A stretch of DNA of 34,086 nt from Chiloscyllium plagiosum (Eukaryota). A program made the position numbers and the translations under genes. Of this stretch, positions 1-8,609 are shown in pieces. Location of the stretch: positions 36,143-70,228 of the forward strand of contig NW_025215196.1 of NCBI RefSeq assembly GCF_004010195.1. Direction: 5' to 3'. The number at the start of each line of letters is the position of its first letter. Positions within the stretch are counted from its first letter, which is position 1. A model generated the notes under the pieces. The model worked only from the letters and a program-made list of their open reading frames with translations, had not been told where the DNA came from and made no database searches.

Positions 1-797
1 GCAATTGTACAATTGGCAATTCCATTTACCTTGGCATTTGAGAAGGAGAAGATAGTAAGAAAAAGGGGAAGGGGTAAGAGATTACTGTTAGATACTTCTT
101 TCAATGACAGGATTTATCTTGACTCGGTAGGAGTCCCTAGGGGAGTACCTGATGAATTCAAGGCTCGTAACCAGATTGCAGCAGGCTTTGAGTCAGCTCT
201 CTTTTGGTGGGTAACAATTAATAAAAATGTAGATTGGATAAATTACATTTTCTATAATCAACAGCGATTTATAAATTATACAAGAGATGCGGTGAAAGGG
301 ATATCAGAACAGCTTGATGCGATAAGTAGAATAGCATGGGAAAACAGAATAGCTCTTGATATGATTTTAGCAGAAAAAGGGTGTGTGTGTGATGTTAGGA
401 GGAAGCTGTTGTACCTTCATTCCTAATAACACTGCACCTGATGGTTCAATTACTCGGGCCTTAAGGGGACTGACTACCTTAGCAGAGGAACTGGCTGAGA
501 ATTCAGGAGCAGACACATCTCTCACGGGATGGCTTGGAAAAATGGATGGGGGTGGTGGTTTCTATCCTTACATCCCTGATAGTAGTAGTCGGGGTATTGG
601 TGGCTATTGGCTGTTGTATCATACCTTGTATACGAGGGATCACCCAAAGACTGGTTGAAACAGCCTTGATGAAACAGATGCCCCTAAAAGGGAATCATAC
701 AGAGGAACTTTATCGACAAAATGATGAGGAGATGAGTAAGACCAAGATGGATGAAATCTCTGGAATGATGCCTACGAATTTCGGGGGCGATGTTTAA
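1..797 (+). pseudogene. env: Class I (gamma/epsilon-like) endogenous retrovirus env: SU end plus complete TM, two frameshifts
   Basis: ORFs 13..426, 383..658 and 534..797 join into one TM. It has a furin site RGKR (70-81), an ISD-like WENRIALDMILAEKG, CX6CC (CVMLGGSCC), a membrane anchor VVVSILTSLIVVVGVLVAIGCC and a cytoplasmic tail. Frameshifts fall at ~380-390 (GT run) and ~535. Confidence 0.93.
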
Positions 798-833
798 AAG
801 AAATAAAAATGCAGAAGATAACAAATGGTAATT

Positions 834-850
834 AAAAGAAAAAGGGGAAA
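834..850 (+). promoter_or_regulatory. Polypurine tract of the + strand ERV
   Basis: AAAAGAAAAAGGGGAAA lies just downstream of the env stop and just before the TG at 852. Confidence 0.85.
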
Positions 851-851
851 T

Positions 852-1377
852 TGTGGGATATAGGTAAATTAATGTTTCTTCTGCTGTTCTGCAATTCTGC
901 AATTATAATTTCTGATACAACGTAAATGAAATCAAATCAGTGTGCAATTGTTTTAGCCAAGAGATGAGTCAACGAGAATGGAAACTATGTGGAGGAAATA
1001 TATAATTGTTTTTGTATTAGCTAAAATTGTATGCCAGCGTGAAACGTGATGGCAAAACAATGGTAGATATTGTGGGCAAATAGATAAGATATTGTGAGGG
1101 GATGAGGTTAGGCAAGATACGCCTGTACAAACATTTGTTTCCCACTTTTACAGAGGCACAGGAACAAACACTAATTAAAGAGGCCGGATAAGAAGGAGTG
1201 GTGGGACCAGTCTTAGAGAAATGGAGGATGTAAACAGGGGGAAAAACAATGAAATAAAAAAAAATGTAAGAACCAAATTATATAAATATCAAGAGTTTGT
1301 TGAATTTGGTGTGTATGTCCTCTGCCTTACTTGTCTCGGACTGAAATTATTAAAGTGTGTGAGCATTGTTTCTCACA
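852..1377 (+). mobile_element. 3' LTR of the + strand ERV (~526 bp)
   Basis: Starts TGTGGGA after the PPT and ends TCTCACA, an imperfect terminal inverted repeat (TG...CA). TATATAAAT at 1279-1287 and ATTAAA at 1349-1354 are in the expected order. Confidence 0.8.
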
Positions 1378-1660
1378 TTTGGGAATGAGTTTCTTCCATT
1401 TCGTCGGAGCTATCATTAACTAATTTCTCAAGGGCAGCTGCCAGATTATGTATCTCTCCCCCTGCCTTTGCAGTGCCATAGCTTGTGAAGAATGTCCACA
1501 ACAGACGGTCAGAGACCTCTCAGGTCTTACGTTTTACTCCCCCTTCATTTCCCTGGTTGTGGACTGGAGAGACCTGTGCTATATTCCATCCTGGACTGAT
1601 TGCTGGGTTGAACTGAACCTGGTTTGCATAGTGCTCCATGTTGAGCAGATATCTTGTCTG
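1378..1660 (-). pseudogene. Probable env SU/TM boundary remnant of a second ERV
   Basis: Manual minus-strand translation gives GVKRKT*EVSDRLLWTFFTSYGTAKAGGEIHNLAAALEKLVNDSSDEMEETHSQ. This reads as a basic cleavage-like site, a hydrophobic fusion-peptide-like stretch and a heptad-like helix, cut off at the LTR end. Confidence 0.5.
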
Positions 1661-1669
1661 GGCTTAACC

Positions 1670-3309
1670 ATAAGAAGGTAGCTGGATTTAGACAGGTGTG
1701 TGTTACTAATACAAGGTCACCTTTTTTTATCTGAATGGCTTTGCATTTTACAAATTCGCGAATCTGTTAACCATCTTCCTGCCTTTTTGTTTAACACAGT
1801 TCTGACTTGATGGGGGGTACTAACTACTAGTCCTCCTCCAAAAGTGAGCTTCATACTTTCTTCTACCAACATGGCAGTCGCTGGTCCTCCCTGTATACAT
1901 TCAGGCCATCCTCTTGAAACTGGGTCCAAAACTTTGGACAGGAAGGCAAGAGGCTGTCTATTTCCTCCTCCTTTCTGAGTTACCACTACTAAGGCTGCTC
2001 CATCATTTACTGTAACAAAAGGTGAAATCGTTTCTCTAGTGAGGGAAGGGCCAAAACTGGAGCTTGTATTAAACTACGGTATAACTCGTGTAATTTTTCT
2101 TTTTCTTCTTCTGTCCAGTGCAATTTTTCATGTTCGGACTCAGTCAATTTATAAAAAAGCCCCTTTGTTTTCTGAGCGTATGACTCTATCTGCAATAGCC
2201 CATTAACCCTCGAAACTTCCATAATTCTCGTTTGGTTTCCGCGAGGGGCAACTCTACTGTCCCTTGAATTCTGTCGGGTTAATGCGTCGAGTTCCTTTGC
2301 TAATAAGGTGTCCTAAGTATTTGACTTCTTTTTCTGCACATTGCAATTTACTCCTAGTTACTCTTAACCCCTATTGTCCGAGGAAATTTAACAACCCATT
2401 GGTAGCTGAGCTTATATCATTTCTATTTTGTCCTGACACAAGTAGATCGTCTACGTATTGCAACAGGGACGTTCCCCGAGGCATTTTATGTTGTTCCAGG
2501 ACTTGTTCCAGTACTTGCCCAAATAAATTAGGTGATTCCGTGAATCCCTGTGGAAGTACCATCCATCGGAATTGTTGTTTTCTGCCAGTGTATGGGTTTT
2601 CCCATTCAAAAGCAAATATATCACGACTATCTGGGGCTAAAAGACAAGCCCAGAATGCATTTTTAAAATCTATCACTCTAAACCAACAGTGGTTGCACGG
2701 TATCTTACTAAAAAGGGTATATGGATTAGACACACTAGATGGCGTGTGAACTTGTCGGTTTACTGATCTGAGATCATGTACTAGTCTGTAAATCATCTGG
2801 TTTCGGAACTGGTAGTATTGGAGTATTATAGGGTAACATACATGGTTCCAATAACCCTTCTTTTACTGGGGATCCTATTACTGGTTGTAGAGCTTTGCAT
2901 CCTTCTAATGAAACTGGATATTGTTTAAGTCTTACTGTTTTATTTTCTTGTGACAGCGTAACTACAATGGGATTAATGTTTAAATAATCTGTGTTTCCAG
3001 TTCTTGCCCACACATTAGGATTTATCTGCTCTTCGTCACTGGTCGTTAATCTATTCATCGTTACAGCTACCGAATTGTTCTCCACTCCAAGGTTAGGAAA
3101 ATTATTAAATCTCTACCTAAACGTTTGCGTCCGAAATCAGGGATGTATAACAATTGTCCCGTTATTTCTTCGTTATATTATTTTATTAAAGTTAGTTCGA
3201 AAACGGGCACAAAAAAGTGTTCCCCTTTTACTCCAGAAATTTGAGACTTTTGTTAGTTAACTTAACACCGCTAGGTCTAAAACTTAGGGATGATCGGACT
3301 GCTCCCGAG
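1670..3309 (-). pseudogene. pol: Class I ERV pro-pol fragment (protease, RT, tether), frameshifted
   Basis: Protease remnants SGAVRSSL...GVKGE...LGRDL (3309-3100). RT motifs QYP, PYNTPILPVPKP, YRLVHDLR, WMVLPQGFTESPNLFGQ and LLQYVDDLL. Tether motifs APVLALP, AFLSKVLDPVSRGWP and LNPA (~1680-1692). Confidence 0.93.
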
Positions 3310-4457
3310 ATGATGGATAACTTGGGAATAAAGCAATTCAAATCTATGCATTGTATTCGGAATCACAGGGAGCATGAGAGAGACGGCATCAAAAACTGAA
3401 GACCATGTTGAAGGTTTAAGGTCAGGATTATCCAGATGATTGCGAAAAGGAAATTCCTTTTCAACTATTTGTGATCAGAGACGCACAGAATGAATGGAAC
3501 AAATTCAGTCTATTTGAATTAATTTGCAGGCATGAAGTAAAAAGGGCCATTAACATTGGTTAAGGAGGTATTAATAAGTCAGAATTTAGAGACCACCCAT
3601 TTGGATGATGTGTCAAATTTTATGGAATGATTAAATAGAGCTGAGGAGTTGGGTAGACAGCATTTAAAAGTATCGCAGCATACAATAAAACAGGAAGTGG
3701 ATCAGAAATTACAAATTCGCAATTTTGCAATTGGGAATAAGGTCTTGGTGTTAGTTCCGGTAACAAGTGAGCCTTTAAAACCAAATTTTAGTGCACCCTA
3801 TCAAATTGGGAACAAATTGAATGAGGTGAACTACTTGGTATGGACTCCAGACAGAAAGAAATCTCACAGAGTGTGTCATATGAATATGCTCAAAAGACAT
3901 TTTGATCGGGAAGGAAAGCAGGAGGAGAAGCTGTTAATGATTACAGCACAGAAGGAAGAACCAAGTTCAGAGGATTCTGAATTGGACATTTCTCAAATCA
4001 AATTGAACGAGAAAGTTGTAAAAAAATTAGGATAAATTATTGAATTACCTTCCAGAAGAAAAGCAAAGTGACCTGAAAGAGTTATTGCAGTCTCATGGAG
4101 AGATATGCGGAAATAAACTGTGAATTATAAACATAATTGTGCATGATAAAGATACAGGAGATGCTGTTCTGATTAACCAACATCTTTACAGGTACGGTCC
4201 TCCAAAATTGGCACAGTTTCAGAAGGAGATAGAGTGAATGCTCCAAGATGGCATAATCGAAGTGAGTTACAGTGACTGGAGCTCACGTATAGTCATGGTG
4301 CCAAATTCAGATGGGCCCCAACGGTCATGTGTGGACTATCACAAAGTCAACGCCGTTACAAAGCCTGATGCACATCCAATTCCATGTTTGGAGAACTATG
4401 TCGAAAAAGTGGGAGAAGCTACTTACATTTCTAAGTTGGACTTGCTCAGAGGCTACT
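3307..4457 (+). mobile_element. Ty3/Gypsy LTR retrotransposon pol fragment with integrase upstream of RT (Gmr1-like)
   Basis: Integrase core end and GPY/F region (LGIKQFKS, KVLVLVP...FSAPYQI...VNYLV...HMNMLK) at ~3310-3900. RT N-terminus (MLQDGIIEVSYSDWSSRIVMV, CVDYHKVNAVT, YISKLDLLRGY) follows at 4238-4457 on the same strand. Confidence 0.85.
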
Positions 4458-4474
4458 NNNNNNNNNNNNNNNNN
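4458..4474. other. Assembly gap (17 N)
   Basis: Run of N. Confidence 1.
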
Positions 4475-5170
4475 AAAGCGCAACTTGTCAGGCAGCATCA
4501 GGAGCAGGAAATTCGACGTTTTAGATATTAGCTCTTCATTAGGAATGGTGGACTTGGAAGGGGACTGAGAGGTGAATAGGACGGTTGATGGGGCTATAGT
4601 GAGAGTGGAGCGGGGATGTAGGAAGTCAATCAGTAGATGCACATTGAGGGGAGACCGTGATAGTTCGGAGTGGAGTTGGAGAAGATGGGTGGGAAGGAAG
4701 ATGCGCAGGTAGCACAGTTCAAGAGGGCGGTGCTGAATTTGATGGATTTGACTGAGACAGGCTGTGGGGAGGGGAAATGAGGAAACTGGTGAAATCCGAG
4801 TTCATCCCTTGTGGTTGGAGGGTTCCTAGCCGGAAGATGAGGCGTTCTTCCTCCAACCGTCGTTTTGTTGTGGTCTGACGATGGAGGAGTCCAAAGATCT
4901 GCATATCCTTGGTGGAGTGGGAGGGGGAATTGAAATGTTGAGCTACAGGGTGTTTGGGTTGGTTGGTCCGGGTGTCCCAGAGGTGTTCTCTGAAACGCTT
5001 CGCAAGTAGGCGGCCTGTCTCCCCAATATAGAGGAGGCCACATCGGGTACAGGGGATGCAATAGATGATATGTGTGGAGGTACAGGTGAATCTGTGGCGG
5101 ATATGGAAGTTTCCTTTGGGGCCTTGGAGGGAGGTGAGAGGGGAGGTGTGGGCGCAAGTCTTGCACCTCC
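4475..5170 (-). mobile_element. Penelope-like element 3' fragment: GIY-YIG endonuclease plus 3' end
   Basis: IIYCIPCTRCGLLYIGETGRLLAKRFREH...VAQHFN...EEERLIFRLGTLQPQGMN is uninterrupted. It is followed by a pyrimidine-rich UTR and a decayed hammerhead motif at 4515-4542. Confidence 0.92.
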
Positions 5171-5315
5171 TGTTTAAGCAGTCTTGACTATATTGATAAG
5201 ACAGTGAAAATGAGATTAGATTGCTACCCTCGTGAGATATGGCAGCTGGTCTATGAAAATTCATCTCATGCACAAGCCAAAACACACCATTTTTGATCAC
5301 TATGTCCTGATAGAA

Positions 5316-5549
5316 TCTTCTTCCCGACCTCTCCGCCCCCACCCCCATCTGTCCTATCACCCTCACCTTGACCTTTTTCCACCTATCACATTTCCGACGC
5401 CCCTCCCCCAAGTCCCTCCTCCCTATCTTTTATCTTAGCCTGCTGGACAGGCATTAGCCCTTCCTGAAGAAGGGCTAATGCCCGAAACGTCGATTCTCCT
5501 GTTCCCTAGATGCTGCCTGACCTGCTGCGCTTCTCCAGCAACACATTTC
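5316..5549 (+). mobile_element. PLE-derived 3' end (pseudo-LTR) fragment
   Basis: C/T-rich UTR, then a hammerhead motif and GATGCTGCCTGACCTGCTGCGC tail. The tail is homologous to those at 4475-4545, 8534-8608 and 18004-18119. Confidence 0.8.
5464..5491 (+). ncRNA. Minimal type I hammerhead ribozyme motif (PLE-associated)
   Basis: CTGAAGA (5464-5470), extra A, helix II GGGC-taat-GCCC, then GAAAC-GTC with palindromic ACGT in place of helix III. Confidence 0.8.
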
Positions 5550-6534
5550 CATCAAGGAGACTCTGCTCTTGTTTTTATTTTCAGAGGGACAATAAAACGG
5601 TGCCAAGCTCAGATCAGTCTGGTTTGGTACAGAGATGCAAAGGATTTTCAGAGGTCTTTTGTTTATATGGAAATAAATGAGACTTCAGGCCAAAGTGGTC
5701 ATGCTTTATAAGTGACCAGTATAATGAACAGAGAGTGGTGAGATATTTTAGCTGAACTAGCTGAGCTGAGATGAGCAGTTTGCAGTAGGTTTTGAATTAG
5801 GAAGTTCAAATGAGAGCTGTGTGGAAACTATCTCTCTTTTCTGACCTTCAACTTCAACCTGGAAGTATGTGTTCCATTTGTACTGGTTTATATTGGGAGT
5901 TTGCTTATTGAGACAGTTGTGTATATTCGGAATAGCATGATTAAGTCTAGCTGAATCAGTCGTGATCCTTTATTCTGTTATTTGTGTTGCATTGTGTAAT
6001 TTTATGAATAAAGTTTTTGTCTGTTTTAAAATCTAGTAGTCAACCTCGCTAAATTACTCCAGGTAATTTTCATTGCACGCTTACCGAAACAAATTGCAAA
6101 GGTATGCGCTGGGCTACCTGCTTAAAAATGTTTTGAGTAGTCTAGCCTAGTCCATAGCATCTCGGAGATGGAAGGTGCCTCCTTGGTACTTGACACAAAC
6201 CAATCACTTTCCAGCCTCATGGTCAGCAAACGACGTTAACATAACACGTGTGTACCATTAGCAATGGAACCAGGCGGAACAACATGGAGCAGTCTGCCTC
6301 TGCAGTCTATGCCTCACTGATTTGTCGTGTTGCATCAACAATGACATCCTCCTATTTCAGTCTAACAGTTTGGAGGTGCTGAATGGCCTCTTCTGTTCAT
6401 GTGTCAGTGTCTTGAGCGACTGAATGCCTTCCTCCTGGCCCGAGGGCAGAGGTTCAAGGACTTCAGTGGGCAATCGGTGGCTCCTGCATACCAGCACGTT
6501 GAGCTGACTAGATGCTATCTTCCTGAGGTTTACC

Positions 6535-7310
6535 AGGCAAACAGAAGGCTGGAAGAACACAGTAAGCCAGGCAGCATCATGAGCTGGGAAAGTCAACATT
6601 TCAGATATAACCGTTCTTCAGAACTGGGGTGGGGGGTTAAGGGGAGCTGCAGATAAAGAGGGAAGAGAGTGGTTGGGGTGGGAAGATCAGGGAGATGGCG
6701 AGTTATGGATATGTGGACACAAGTGGTGGGTGCAACCTGGTTGAGCGATGGGAGGGATGAATTCAGGTGGAAGCTGAAAGGTAGGGTCGTTAGTTGGAAT
6801 GGAAGACATCCCAGTCAGTTCCTATTTCAATTTTCTTTCCCAATCCCTTTCCAACATGGCCATCCTTGGCCTCCTCCATTGCCACAATGAACCAAACCAT
6901 AATTTGGAGGAACAAACTCTCATCTATCACCTGTGCAACCGACACCCCGGGGACTCAACATTGAATGCTCCAATTTCAAATAACCTCCCTTCCAATCCCC
7001 CCGACTCCCTTCCCAAACCCTCCCCTGCCTTCCATTCCTCTGAGCAACCTTTTTTCTTGCTACCAACTGGATTCAGCCCTCCCATCACCAACCCGCTAAT
7101 ACCCATTATCTGTGTTCACTTTATCCCCACTTCGCCACTCTGCCTCCTCCTCCTTCACCCACCCCTTCATCTATAAACCCCCTTACTCCCATACACAGTC
7201 CTGACGAAGGGTTATATCCAAGGCGTTCACTCATCAACGTCTTGATGCTGCCGTGCTTATTCTGTTTTTCCAGCTTCTGCGTGTGTATTTTGGATTCCAA
7301 CGCCTGCTTT
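6535..7310 (+). mobile_element. Decayed PLE 3' fragment with an inverted 5' copy of its own tail
   Basis: A minus-oriented tail (~6535-6790) is joined to a plus-oriented GIY-YIG C-terminus (AILGLLHCHNE...LEEQTLIYHL), UTR and tail. Decayed hammerhead cores lie at 6594-6621 (-) and 7201-7228 (+). Confidence 0.75.
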
Positions 7311-7504
7311 TTAAAAAAAAATTCTTCTTGTGTAATAGGCAGGAGTGAGTGAACACATTGCGTCTCTTGATATCCAACAGATAAGATGGGCTGAATGGCT
7401 TTCTTATATTACTGTGAAACCAGCTAGAGTTGCTGAAGCGGTTCCTCTTTCTTTCAACAGTCGAAATGTTTAGTGTCCAGCAGTGCTTTTGATTCATGTT
7501 ACCT

Positions 7505-7730
7505 TTACATTAACAGCACAAGCTTGAATGTTGTCCAGATTTGATACTCTAGTACCTTAAGAGGTGACTCATTGTTCTCAACATTATATAATCTTCACAG
7601 AACATCCCCACCCCTGATCGTATGACAGAGGAAAATTCATTGATGAAGCAGCTGAAGATGTTTGTGCCGAAGAAGCTACCCTGAGGATTGCCCACAGAGA
7701 TATCCAGGGACTTGGAGGATTGATGTCCAC
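7505..7730 (-). mobile_element. LINE RT fragment, same family as 31080-34086
   Basis: GNPQGSFFGTNIFSCFINEFSSVIRSGVGMFCED is a decayed PQGS...FADD. It shares TCATTGATGAAGCAGCTGAAGATGTTTG with ~32134-32161. Confidence 0.8.
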
Positions 7731-7899
7731 CAGCCCCATTGTGTTCTGAATGATCCAACCAATGGGGAGTTTACAACTGATTCCCTTCAAGTTCAATTTT
7801 GTTCAGTCTCCTTGACAACTTGCTCAGTCAAATACTGCCATGATATCAGGGCTAATCATTCTCACACTGTGTTCATATGTTCTATCCATGTCAATAGGC

Positions 7900-8372
7900 C
7901 AAGGTATATGTGTGGGGAGTGTTTCCTTCTCTCAGGGGTAGTGATGGTTGGGACCAGACAATTGGGGAGGCGACATCACTGAAAAGTTTGTGGGGTGCAA
8001 TTGGGTGTCAATGGATTTTGACCCGTCAGATCGTCGAGGGCTACCAAGAATTGGGCATGAAAGAGAAATTGCGGCCGAGTGCAGATCAGCCCTGACTTAC
8101 TGAATGGAAGGTCAGGCCTGAGGGGCTATGTAGCCTGGTGTTATTCCAGTATACGCCATAGTCCAGTCACTTTGTGGCCTCTTCCATTTCCTGTGTTACT
8201 GACTTCAAGTAGCTGAATAGACTGATCCTGTTGCCCTGTTGCTGTGTAACTGGATACTGGTGCTTCATGATCTGGTTACAGTTTTATAGGCGCTAGGGGC
8301 TTATTGGACTCCTCCTGTAATTGTATATCAGGCTCCAGGGGCTGAAAAGCCTCATTCTGCTCTGCTGTAACT
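7900..8372 (+). mobile_element. CR1-like LINE 3' end followed by degenerate tandem copies of its tail motif
   Basis: CAGATCAGCC...TGAATGG...AGGCCTGAGGGGCT tail at ~8082-8150. Variants of AGGCTCNAGGGGCTGAATGGCCT...CTG recur up to ~8372. Confidence 0.55.
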
Positions 8373-8404
8373 GAAATCCATATCGACTAAATCTACCGGC
8401 CATG

Positions 8405-8608
8405 GAGGAAGTGACCACAGCAGATGCTGGAGATCAGTGTCAAAAAGTGTAGCACTGGAAAAACACGGCAGGTTAGGCAGCATCAGAGGAACAGGAGAAT
8501 CGATGTTTTGGACGTGCCTGATGAAGGGCTTATGTCCGAAACATCGATTCTCCTGTCCCTCGAATGCTGCCTGATCTGCTGTGCTTTTCCAACACCACAT
8601 GTTTCGAC
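8405..8608. mobile_element. Fold-back element made of two inverted PLE tails
   Basis: Arms ~8439-8513 and ~8534-8608 are imperfect reverse complements. A hammerhead motif CTGATGA-A-GGGC-ttat-GTCC-GAAACATC lies at 8518-8545 (+). Confidence 0.8.
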
Positions 8609-8609
8609 G

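Larger units (their letters stand above)
5171..6159 (+). mobile_element. Probable LTR (possibly the 3' LTR of the Gypsy element), interrupted by a PLE tail
   Basis: Non-coding, with AATAAA at 6007-6012 and an end at CCATAGCA. It lies downstream of the Gypsy pol. No second LTR is present in the window to confirm. Confidence 0.4.

Noticed and set aside
4719..5411. 230-aa ORF as a domesticated GIY-YIG nuclease
   Set aside because: The N-terminal ~80 aa comes from an antisense PLE tail and LTR-like DNA, so this is a chance in-frame fusion across insertions.
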